A stretch of DNA of 64,000 nucleotides from an uncultured Bacteroidales bacterium (GTDB taxonomy: Bacteria > Bacteroidota > Bacteroidia > Bacteroidales > CAYRRV01). The stretch is from assembly GCA_964426725.1 (NCBI GenBank), contig CAYRRV010000001.1, positions 9,190 through 73,189 of the forward strand, read 5' to 3'. The position numbers and the translations under genes were made by a program. The notes under the pieces were generated by a model. That model had not been told where the DNA came from. It worked only from the letters and a program-made list of their open reading frames with translations, and ran no database searches. Shown in pieces: positions 19,386-28,486 of this stretch (the first letter of the stretch is position 1; every line of letters begins with the position of its first letter).

Positions 19386-22300
19386 ATGAAAAGAAATACA
19401 CGAATTAATCATTTAATTTGCAGGATAGGTTTCATTATCCTGGCCATGCTGACACTTAATGCAAGTCAGTTATCGGCGCAATCAATAACAATTAGTTCTG
19501 AACCTACAGGTCCTCTATACGTGGGTGAAAATGTCGAATTCGAGTACTCGGTAACTGGATTTAGCCTTGATGCTGTTTTCTACCTGGTAGCAAATGATGG
19601 TATAAATGACACCATTCTGGATTATTCAACGGCTACATCTGGTAATCTAACCGGTTTAGTTCCAGCCGGGTTTAATTCTCCATTGAGCTTTAACATTGTT
19701 GGAGCCACGGGCAATCCGGATGGCACCATCGAAACCCGGCCTCTGTTTGGTGAATTGTCCATTGCCGGTTCTAACTCCTCATATGATTATACCGATGATA
19801 CATACAATTTGTATTTCTGGGAACCGACAATTCGCAGGGTAGTTTTTCCCGCGGCCAATGTGGATGCTGATACAGCTATTCTCGAATTTGATTATCGGTA
19901 TATAGATAATCCCGATTCACTTGAAATTGTCATCGAGTACAGTATTAATAATGGAAGCACTTACGCTGCATTGGATACAATCGAATATGTTAATACAGGC
20001 TGGTACTTCAACACGAGAGTTGGAATTCCTTCAACAGCCCGCACCTCGAGTACCATTTTCAGAATGCGCCAGTTGTATTCTAACCTGATTAATAACGAAT
20101 ATACTTACAGGTTTTATTTTCAAAACCCGTCCATTATTTCTGGTGAAGACTTCAATACTGAGGGTACACAAAGTGCCGCGGGGTCTCCCTTTACTGTATT
20201 TTTACCTTATACTGATGTAACCTCGGTATATGCTCCGGCAGGTGAACCATATTTTGGAAATACTTATCTTGGGGACTCTATTCATGTTGAAGCTAATATT
20301 GTTGGTTTCACGGGTGATGTGAAATATGAACTGGTATTTAATTCTACAGGGGACATCAGTGACCCGGTTCACAAGCTGGCAAGTTACGGGAAGCAAAATA
20401 CAGGAGGTAATAGCTGGCTATTCAAGGGAAAATTACCCAATAATATTGAATTTGATGATACCTATTATTTTTGGGTTGTTCCTTACCGGGGTTTGTCATA
20501 TTTACATGGCACCAATGTTGCTCATGATTTTACCGTAGGAACAGGTCCTCACACAATTAATGGTGGTTCAATTAATGGAACGTACGGTGCATATTTTACC
20601 TCAGAAAATGTTCGCGAACTGTTAACGGATGAGGTAATGATTACCGAGAAGGGATCATTGATGATTGAGGTAAGCCGGCGCGAGAATACTTTTAGCCCGG
20701 ATAATGCTGAATTGATTATTGAATACACCACGGATGGTTCTGCCTACACAGAAATAGGGACCATTAACCTGAACGGGGCAAAATACTATGATGATGGTGC
20801 TACAGTCTTTGAAATTGATATACCTGTCGAGGCTGTAAGTAATACAACAAGTTTCAGGATTGCACAAAAGAATATAAATGCTGGAAATCTTGACCGGTAT
20901 TATATTGCTTCCATTGAAATATTACTTAACAGCAATCGACTGATTCATGGACTTGAGGCAAGCTATTCTTTCAATGACGATTCTGACTACATCAACGGTC
21001 CGGTTATTGACCTGAAAACAATCGTAGTACCTGATGATCTGTTTTATCCCGGAACGGAAATCACATTAAACTACGAGGTGCTCGCGGGTAAATTCCCTAC
21101 CGGTACTGAAATGCAGGCCATTTTATATCTTTCAGGACAAGATGTAGTGCTCGGTAAATCCACGAATTTATCAAGTGGTAATATTACCGGGAATATTCCA
21201 GCTGTACAAGGTGATAATTACTCTGTACGTATAAGAGGGAATACCGGAAGGGGATCGACCTATTCGAATTGGCGTGATATTACTGTTGAAAATGTTTCAC
21301 TCGAAATTGTTGATGTAACCGGTAATCCTGCAAGGGATGTGGATGGAAATATTTATTATTTCCGGGGAGATGAACTCATCGTGAATTACAACCTCATTGG
21401 CTCAGCGGTGAATGGAGTCCAGTTACAAATAAAGGATGATGATGGTAACTGGATTAACATTGGCAATGATGATCCAGCAGACGAGACAGTGAATGGAACC
21501 ATCCCAATGGATATTGATTTACCGGCCAGCCCCGAGATTCGCGTGGCTTTAAGTGATTCGTTGTACTCAAATAGTTGGGCAAACCTTTATACAAGATATC
21601 CCGATGAGAGTGATTTCCCCGAGAATAGTGCCGATTCTATTTATGTAGAAGTTGAAGGGAATCTTGATAGCGATTATTATGACATGGATTCGCCTACTTT
21701 CGCGAAAGAAGGCAACAGAACGTTCGAAACTCAAGGATTTGATATGTCCCGCGGAGGGTATTTGAATCTTGAAATTTATTTGCTTAATCGATATTGGGAT
21801 TATGAGCACGTGGTAGACAAGGAAGCTCCAATTCGAGTTGAATACAGTATCGATAATGGTTCTACATGGATTAAACTAAATGAAACCAATCATTTGGACT
21901 ATGGTTTAACAGGCTGGCAATATAAATACGTGGATATTTTTGACGACTATTTACCCATTGAGGCTCAAACTCCTAACACGAAATTCAGGGTTGTACAAAA
22001 TGATAACGGAACGCTCGATTTCGGGGAAAATGCATGGGAGTTTTACCTGATTGAGGTATATGGATATTCTAGAACGGGTATTGTAAGTAATACTAAATTA
22101 CTGGATTTACAACAAGCTACTATAACCCTTGGAACATTGGACAAATATACCTATGGCCCCGGGGAATCCATTACCATTCCTTACAATGTTGTCGGTAATT
22201 TTGGTGCCGACATCGGGTTTGTAACTACAATAACTGATGACGATAATAATACGCATGTGGTGGAATCAAGTGATGATGCCGGACAGGTTGCTCTAAATAC

Positions 22301-25300
22301 TAGTCTGCCTGTTAATCTTCCTGAAACATCAGTGAATATGAATGAATTTGATTTAAAGATATTTGCTTATCAGAAAACAGCTGATCAACAGGATCCGATC
22401 CTGGGTTACATGGAAGACCTACTTGATGAAGAAGAGGATTTGATTCTTGTCGAAGGTGGAGAATTTGATATTAACAATGATGTTTATCTTAATGAAGAGG
22501 GTCGCAGATCAATATTAACTAAAGCCTTACCCCAGCTCGAGGGTGATTCTTTAACCATTGAATTTGACATTGATATTTATGATAACCCATTCCCAAGTGA
22601 AGGAGTAGTTATCGAGCTTACGACTGATGGCGGTACTTCTTTTACAGTCCTCGATACAGTTTGGGAAAGTGATTATTACACGTCTAAACTGGCTACCAGT
22701 GATGTGAATGACCAGACCCACTTGAGATGGGTACAATACGTGAACTTCGGTCATGATATCAAGGAGTGGAGAATCAATGCACTAACATTGAAGAGTGCCA
22801 ATAGTAACCTGATTTCTTCGGGTTACCTCCAGTTAAATCAACCTGCGGTAATAGAAATAGATTACCCGAATGTGCCAGATCAATTCACTTATAATGAGCA
22901 GGAAGAAGTTTTGTATTCCGGAGAAACCTTCACGCTTGAGTTGGGTGTACTGGATCACGTGTCCAAATTCTCAGATCAAACAGAATACCTGTTCTACCTG
23001 GGCAATGGTGAAGGAAATGTTTATGTTGATTATAACGGTGACAGCGCTTTATTAGGCACCATGACAGGCCTTGGAACTGTTGACCTGGTTATTCCCTCGA
23101 CCATATATCAGGATACCTATGATGTATTGATAACCGCCTTGGTTGATGATCCGGACAGTGATGAGCCTTTTGTTTATTTTAAAGAAAAAGTGTTGCTTTC
23201 ACTGGATATTTACAATCCCCTGTTAAAAACTTTAGCATTGCAGGATGAAGCATACAGGGGTAATGATTTTACCGTGAACTGGGAATTGCAGACCGGGAAC
23301 CTGAATACAAGTGATTATTATTTCCACCTGATGCTTGATGATGAAGTAATTTCCATAACAAAAGGTGCTTCTGCAAATATTTCATCTATTGTTCCTACCG
23401 ATATAAACACGGGAAATAAAGATGTTGAGGTACTCGTTACGTTTGATAGCGTTTATTTCGAAGGTGAATCCACTTTGCTTGATCAGTTTAACGACAATGA
23501 ATGGAAAGACGCGTATAATTGTTACCTGCATTCAATATCCGATTATATGAGATTTGACCAGGTTGCCGGTACTAATAGTGCGGTAACACAAGATTTCATC
23601 ATGTCGTATGGAGGATGGGTTGGTTTTAATTTCCAATATAACGAAACGGGCAATGAATTTACCGAAAACAGCAAGGTAATTTTTGAATACACCAGTGATG
23701 GTGGAGCAACCTATAATCTCCTTGATACTTTCCCGAATGAAACATACAAGCTGGACGATGGAGAAGAATGGCAACAGTATTTCTTCGGCCGCGGGAATAT
23801 CGGTGATACCGTGAAATTCCGTTTCCGCAGGTTAAATGGTAACTATGGACAAGCTTTTATACATGACTTACGCATTGTGGAATTATCCAACAAAATACCA
23901 GTGAACACGGTAGCTGATAACCTGTCGGTTTTGGAACAGGAAGTGTTCCTGGGTGATATACCCGAGGATATTTGTCCGGGTTCTTCCCTTGAAATAGATT
24001 ATGAAATCAAGGGTAAATTCGGTGAAGATGTAATTCATACCATTGAGTATTGGATAAATGGTAACGGGGTATATAATTTTCCTGACTTGGAATTCCTCGG
24101 GATTCAAAGCGGAACTGGTACGTTCACCTTACCCATACCGGAAGGATGGTCTGGCGGTAATTACAGTTTTAGGGTACAGAGTGATGATTATACTACTGAT
24201 AATGATTTTACTGTCTATAGCGAGAGAACTCCCGAGAGTGTTTACCTGATTCCCCCGATAAATTTCACCGGAACTACCCTTTCGGGAGATGAAAACCTTT
24301 GCAAAGCTGGTGTAGAGAATTATTATATCTATAGCGCGCAGGCTGGATTCCAGTACCAGGCGAGAGATGTTAACACGGGAGAACTCTATGGAGATGCTGT
24401 TGTTTCTGAAAATGGTGGAACAATCACCATGTTCACGGAGACCATTGATACCGATCTTGAACTTGAAATTGTCGTGAAAGCCATGAACAAGAAAGGAACC
24501 AAAACGTGTGCAACGGGCGTACTACAAGACAGGATCAAGTTCAACTATATTCCCGCTCGCATGTTGTTTGCCAAGGATGACTTGACAAGTATCTTTTCAC
24601 CTGTTGATGACAGTGTATTCATCTGCGAGGGCAACCCGGACAACCTTCAATTACAGGCTGGTTATTATGATCATAACGGGAGTTATACCGGTGGTAGTTT
24701 AACTGCTATAGGTTGGTATCGCGACGACATGAACACGGCCGTATCTTCTTCAACTACACTCAATTCCTTCAATCAATCGGGTGCTTATTTCGCGCAAGTA
24801 GTTGCCGAGGGTTGTAAATACACCACCAATTCAGTTAAAATACAGGTGCTGTCCGTACCCGACAAGCCGTCTGTAACTGTTGGTAAAACAACCGTTTGCG
24901 ATGGAGCAACAGTCCTATTGAGTGTTTCCAACGATTATCAGTATTACAAATGGTATGGTGGAAATTCTGGTACTTCTGTGTTGAGTGGCTCTTCACCAAC
25001 ACTTGAAGCTACTTCAACCGGTGCTTACAGAGTAACTGTTTCTAATCATCCACTTGAATTTAATTGTGCTTCGCCCATGTCAGACCCAGTCGCGGTTACT
25101 GTTCTTGAGAAACCTGAAACAAATATTTCACATCACAGTGGTGGTACCTGGGTAAGCGAGGACAACTACGTGACTTGTGGTAATGACGTGGTGTTGCAGG
25201 CTGATGATTTACCATCTACATATAACTGGACGCTCAATGGAAATGTCTTTGCCTCCAATCATAATTCATACATGATTAAAGCTACAAAATCTGGTTATTA

Positions 25301-26420
25301 TAATGTAGAAATGCTGGTTTCAGATAATGGAGTTACCTGTAAATACAAAACCGAAGATAGCATTTACGTGACTGTTTCTGAAGAATTGTCCCGACCTTCA
25401 CTTACCCTTACGGGAGATGATAAATTCTGTGCCGGTGAAGGTACTGCCATCCTTACAGCAGATGAAGGCTATGAGTATTACCTTTGGTACAGGAATGGTA
25501 GCGCTCATATGGAAGGCAACAATGAGATCGAGGAGAATACCTTTAGCCCTGATATGTCGGGTGAGTACTCGGTTAGGGTAAAAGATAGCCTTGGTTGTAT
25601 AAGTGATCATTCTAAAAGGGTAGAAATTAACATTGTTCCTGAACCAAGCAGGTATGCCAACCTATCAACTACATATAACAACAGACTTTGTGGAAATACG
25701 GCTGCTGATATTCAGGTTTACAATATCGATGGAGGCAGGAGGCTTAACTATCAGTTGATTAACATGAACACGGGTCAACCCTCTGGGCAACCTTCTTCAA
25801 TGATTGATTCAGATGGTGGCGATTACGTGCTGCTAACTTCTGATCCTATTTCAGAAGATACCGAGTTTGGCGTACTGGTTTCCGATCAAAACGCGAGTGG
25901 TTGCAAGGTAATGCTCAACCAAACCATTGATATTTTGGTACAATCAGCAGAAATTGAAGTTATCGGAAATACACTTTACGCGACTACCGGTGGTATGAAA
26001 TACCAGTGGTACAGGAATAATAAACCTATACTGGGTAGCCGTGGAAAGCAGACATATCTTGAAATATTTGATGATGCTGATTATAGTGTTGAGATCATGT
26101 TTGATTATGATTGTATCGTGGTAACACAAGCTCAAAAGAATGCCACTTCAATTTCCGGTAATGATCTGCATAAAACCATCAGGTGTTACCCGAATCCGGT
26201 TAAGGATGAACTACTAATTGATATCAATAATGCCCATTCTGGTAAAATAAAGGTTGAAATTGCAGACGTTACAGGTAAGATTGTTTATAATGGATTCATT
26301 CTTAAGAATTATGAAAAACACACTGAATCAGTGAATGTTAGTTCTCTTAATAATGGAATTTACATTGTACAGTTTACTTCTGGAGATATAACTGAAACCA
26401 GCAGAATTGTCAAAGAATAA
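19386..26420 (+). CDS. Giant secreted surface protein (about 2,344 aa) with a T9SS C-terminal sorting domain
   Basis: It has a signal peptide ending LSAQ. It contains five modules, each with one Asp-box-like motif (SINNGSTY, TTDGSAYT, SIDNGSTW, TTDGGTSF, TSDGGATY). A Cys-containing Ig-like array follows, with recurring xWYxxG (GWYRDD, YKWYGGN, YLWYRNG, YQWYRNN). The terminal sequence is CYPNPVKDELLIDI...NGIYIVQF...SRIVKE. Confidence 0.85.
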   Translation: MKRNTRINHLICRIGFIILAMLTLNASQLSAQSITISSEPTGPLYVGENVEFEYSVTGFSLDAVFYLVANDGINDTILDYSTATSGNLTGLVPAGFNSPLSFNIVGATGNPDGTIETRPLFGELSIAGSNSSYDYTDDTYNLYFWEPTIRRVVFPAANVDADTAILEFDYRYIDNPDSLEIVIEYSINNGSTYAALDTIEYVNTGWYFNTRVGIPSTARTSSTIFRMRQLYSNLINNEYTYRFYFQNPSIISGEDFNTEGTQSAAGSPFTVFLPYTDVTSVYAPAGEPYFGNTYLGDSIHVEANIVGFTGDVKYELVFNSTGDISDPVHKLASYGKQNTGGNSWLFKGKLPNNIEFDDTYYFWVVPYRGLSYLHGTNVAHDFTVGTGPHTINGGSINGTYGAYFTSENVRELLTDEVMITEKGSLMIEVSRRENTFSPDNAELIIEYTTDGSAYTEIGTINLNGAKYYDDGATVFEIDIPVEAVSNTTSFRIAQKNINAGNLDRYYIASIEILLNSNRLIHGLEASYSFNDDSDYINGPVIDLKTIVVPDDLFYPGTEITLNYEVLAGKFPTGTEMQAILYLSGQDVVLGKSTNLSSGNITGNIPAVQGDNYSVRIRGNTGRGSTYSNWRDITVENVSLEIVDVTGNPARDVDGNIYYFRGDELIVNYNLIGSAVNGVQLQIKDDDGNWINIGNDDPADETVNGTIPMDIDLPASPEIRVALSDSLYSNSWANLYTRYPDESDFPENSADSIYVEVEGNLDSDYYDMDSPTFAKEGNRTFETQGFDMSRGGYLNLEIYLLNRYWDYEHVVDKEAPIRVEYSIDNGSTWIKLNETNHLDYGLTGWQYKYVDIFDDYLPIEAQTPNTKFRVVQNDNGTLDFGENAWEFYLIEVYGYSRTGIVSNTKLLDLQQATITLGTLDKYTYGPGESITIPYNVVGNFGADIGFVTTITDDDNNTHVVESSDDAGQVALNTSLPVNLPETSVNMNEFDLKIFAYQKTADQQDPILGYMEDLLDEEEDLILVEGGEFDINNDVYLNEEGRRSILTKALPQLEGDSLTIEFDIDIYDNPFPSEGVVIELTTDGGTSFTVLDTVWESDYYTSKLATSDVNDQTHLRWVQYVNFGHDIKEWRINALTLKSANSNLISSGYLQLNQPAVIEIDYPNVPDQFTYNEQEEVLYSGETFTLELGVLDHVSKFSDQTEYLFYLGNGEGNVYVDYNGDSALLGTMTGLGTVDLVIPSTIYQDTYDVLITALVDDPDSDEPFVYFKEKVLLSLDIYNPLLKTLALQDEAYRGNDFTVNWELQTGNLNTSDYYFHLMLDDEVISITKGASANISSIVPTDINTGNKDVEVLVTFDSVYFEGESTLLDQFNDNEWKDAYNCYLHSISDYMRFDQVAGTNSAVTQDFIMSYGGWVGFNFQYNETGNEFTENSKVIFEYTSDGGATYNLLDTFPNETYKLDDGEEWQQYFFGRGNIGDTVKFRFRRLNGNYGQAFIHDLRIVELSNKIPVNTVADNLSVLEQEVFLGDIPEDICPGSSLEIDYEIKGKFGEDVIHTIEYWINGNGVYNFPDLEFLGIQSGTGTFTLPIPEGWSGGNYSFRVQSDDYTTDNDFTVYSERTPESVYLIPPINFTGTTLSGDENLCKAGVENYYIYSAQAGFQYQARDVNTGELYGDAVVSENGGTITMFTETIDTDLELEIVVKAMNKKGTKTCATGVLQDRIKFNYIPARMLFAKDDLTSIFSPVDDSVFICEGNPDNLQLQAGYYDHNGSYTGGSLTAIGWYRDDMNTAVSSSTTLNSFNQSGAYFAQVVAEGCKYTTNSVKIQVLSVPDKPSVTVGKTTVCDGATVLLSVSNDYQYYKWYGGNSGTSVLSGSSPTLEATSTGAYRVTVSNHPLEFNCASPMSDPVAVTVLEKPETNISHHSGGTWVSEDNYVTCGNDVVLQADDLPSTYNWTLNGNVFASNHNSYMIKATKSGYYNVEMLVSDNGVTCKYKTEDSIYVTVSEELSRPSLTLTGDDKFCAGEGTAILTADEGYEYYLWYRNGSAHMEGNNEIEENTFSPDMSGEYSVRVKDSLGCISDHSKRVEINIVPEPSRYANLSTTYNNRLCGNTAADIQVYNIDGGRRLNYQLINMNTGQPSGQPSSMIDSDGGDYVLLTSDPISEDTEFGVLVSDQNASGCKVMLNQTIDILVQSAEIEVIGNTLYATTGGMKYQWYRNNKPILGSRGKQTYLEIFDDADYSVEIMFDYDCIVVTQAQKNATSISGNDLHKTIRCYPNPVKDELLIDINNAHSGKIKVEIADVTGKIVYNGFILKNYEKHTESVNVSSLNNGIYIVQFTSGDITETSRIVKE
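26184..26417 (+). other. T9SS type A C-terminal sorting domain (Por_Secre_tail-like) of the giant protein
   Basis: The domain is CYPNPVKDELLIDINNAHSGKIKVEIADVTGKIVYNG...LNNGIYIVQFTSGDITETSRIVKE. Confidence 0.8.
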
Positions 26421-26444
26421 ATGATAATTAATATACCCGCCCGT

Positions 26445-26473
26445 TTTAAACGGGTGGGTTTTCATCCTTTAAA
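26445..26473 (+). terminator. Rho-independent terminator after the giant gene
   Basis: ACCCGCCCG-TTTTAAA-CGGGTGGGT forms a 9-bp GC-rich stem with one G.U pair, followed by TTT. Confidence 0.6.
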
Positions 26474-26482
26474 AATTAAAAA

Positions 26483-26902
26483 ATGATTAAGATGAATAAC
26501 ATAAATAAAAAGTTTTTAACAGTGGTTTTCTTTGCCATTGCTTTGTTTAGCAGTTGTAATAAACCGTCTGATCCAAACATGGAAGTAATGATCCTTGGCT
26601 CCTGGGAACTTATTGATTTAATGGTAGATAACCAGGTGGTTGAAAATTATAGCAATGAGTTTACCCTTGATATTGAACATAGTAAAAGGGTGGTATTTAT
26701 AAATCACGACGGGAGAGGATTAACTGGTACCTGGTCTGTTGAATCAGATTCTATTCTGACACTTACTTCCGATGCAGTTACATCTTTTGATACCTTGCAA
26801 TTTGATATTATTTACTTGATAAAGGATAAAATGGGTTTACGGCAGGTTATAAATAGTGATTTACTGGGCACTTCAGAATTTACTTATTTCCTGGAAAAGT
26901 AA
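26483..26902 (+). CDS. Small lipoprotein, lipocalin-like (139 aa)
   Basis: It has a signal peptide with the lipobox ALFSSC. The GSWELIDL...GTWSVESDSILTLTSD pattern resembles lipocalin-like domains. Confidence 0.55.
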   Translation: MIKMNNINKKFLTVVFFAIALFSSCNKPSDPNMEVMILGSWELIDLMVDNQVVENYSNEFTLDIEHSKRVVFINHDGRGLTGTWSVESDSILTLTSDAVTSFDTLQFDIIYLIKDKMGLRQVINSDLLGTSEFTYFLEK

Positions 26903-26958
26903 GCTGAAAAGTTAGAATCCGGTTCGCGAAAACCGAAATTGAGCAATTTATTGTGTTA

Positions 26959-26987
26959 TCAAAAAGGGGCTTTCTGCCCCTTTTTGA
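26959..26987. terminator. Bidirectional terminator between convergent genes
   Basis: TCAAAAAGGGGC-TTTCT-GCCCCTTTTTGA forms a 12-bp stem flanked by A and T runs on either strand. Confidence 0.7.
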
Positions 26988-26994
26988 TAAATAT

Positions 26995-27720
26995 TCATCC
27001 AAATACCTCTCTTAATACCTTCAGGGACTTAATTTTACCCATGCCTTCAAGGTGAATTGCATAATAATCCAGCATAGTTTCAATAATTCTGGTTCTGTTT
27101 TCCTGTTTTAAAGATATTTTGCTGATATCTGACAGCCTGGAAGCAAGAAAACGGTTCAATATTTCTGAGTATGTTTTGGAAAGCGTGTATTTTGCATCAA
27201 TTGGGATTTGCACAAATTTTCCTTTGATAAGATCAAACCGGTTTATTTTTTCAGAATAATTATTGTCCGGGTAAAATCCCAGGTGTTTTGTTAGCTGAAC
27301 CATGAACCATAAATGAAAATTACCGGTGTGTTCCATGCTGGTGTCAAAAAATTGAAATGCATGAATCAAAAAGCTAAACAAGGGGGGATTGGACTCTTCT
27401 TCCCGTAATGTCCTGTATAGTAATTCGGCCAGGAACAAGGTTATGGTATTTTTTTTTATTTCATAAGGTATACTCTGATAAATTACATTTAAACGGTGTT
27501 CTTTTATTCGCTGCAATTCTCTTCCTTCTTTATGGTAGACTTCCATCTCATGAATAGAAAGTGGCTGAAGAAGGCTCATGGAAGGCGTATTTTTCTTCTT
27601 TCGAATTCCTTGTATCAAATATGACTGACGACCAAATGCCTCTGTAAAAATGTAAATAATAGCGCTGTTCTCGCCATATCTGACATGATGCAAGACGATG
27701 CCCCTGGTTTTCTGAAGCAC
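26995..27720 (-). CDS. recO: DNA repair protein RecO
   Basis: It begins MLQKTRGIVLHHVRYGENSAIIYIFTEAFGRQSY (OB-fold N-terminus) and is 241 aa. Confidence 0.85.
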   Translation of the reverse strand: MLQKTRGIVLHHVRYGENSAIIYIFTEAFGRQSYLIQGIRKKKNTPSMSLLQPLSIHEMEVYHKEGRELQRIKEHRLNVIYQSIPYEIKKNTITLFLAELLYRTLREEESNPPLFSFLIHAFQFFDTSMEHTGNFHLWFMVQLTKHLGFYPDNNYSEKINRFDLIKGKFVQIPIDAKYTLSKTYSEILNRFLASRLSDISKISLKQENRTRIIETMLDYYAIHLEGMGKIKSLKVLREVFG

Positions 27721-27751
27721 GTGTGATAAGTTTTAATAGATTAAAAAAAAA

Positions 27752-28369
27752 TTACTTGAATAATCCGTGAATATCCGCGTTAATTTTATCAATAACACTG
27801 CTCAAGTGTTCCGGGTTTTCAGGGAAATTATGATTATCAACATCAACTACCAGTATTTTACCCAGGTTATATGCCTCTGCCCACGAATCGTATCTTTCAT
27901 TGAGTTTCCTGAGGTAATCCAGCCGAATGTTGTTCTCGTATTTTCTTCCCCTTTGCTGGATTTGCTTTACCAGTGTCGGAATAGATGCTTTCAGATATAT
28001 AATCAGGTCTGGTGGTGAAATTAATGAACTGATAAGATTGAACAGCGTGAAATAATTTTCGAAATCGCGGGTTGACATTAATCCCATCGAATGAAGGTTG
28101 GGTGCGAAAATATAAGCATCTTCATAGATAGTACGGTCCTGAATAACCGTTTTTTCTGATTTTTTTATTCTTAAAATATGATTAAAACGGGTATTAAGAA
28201 AAAATATCTGCAAGTTAAATGACCATCGCTGCATATCCTCGTAAAAATCATTGAGATAGGGATTGTCCTCAACATCTTCGTAATGAGGGGTCCATCCAAA
28301 ATGTTTCGAGAGTAGCCCGGTCAGGGTTGTTTTTCCGGACCCGATATTGCCCGCGATCGCTATATGCAT
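27752..28369 (-). CDS. Deoxynucleoside kinase
   Basis: It has the P-loop IAIAGNIGSGKTT, plus DRTIYED and a RGRKYE-type LID region. Confidence 0.85.
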   Translation of the reverse strand: MHIAIAGNIGSGKTTLTGLLSKHFGWTPHYEDVEDNPYLNDFYEDMQRWSFNLQIFFLNTRFNHILRIKKSEKTVIQDRTIYEDAYIFAPNLHSMGLMSTRDFENYFTLFNLISSLISPPDLIIYLKASIPTLVKQIQQRGRKYENNIRLDYLRKLNERYDSWAEAYNLGKILVVDVDNHNFPENPEHLSSVIDKINADIHGLFK

Positions 28370-28486
28370 AAATGATTTTCTTTTATATTAAAGGAACACT
28401 AAAGTACGAAAAAAATTGATATTATTATCATTCTTTGGGGAACATGGTGACAGGTATCAAAACATTCCGGCATTTTATCTGATTAC

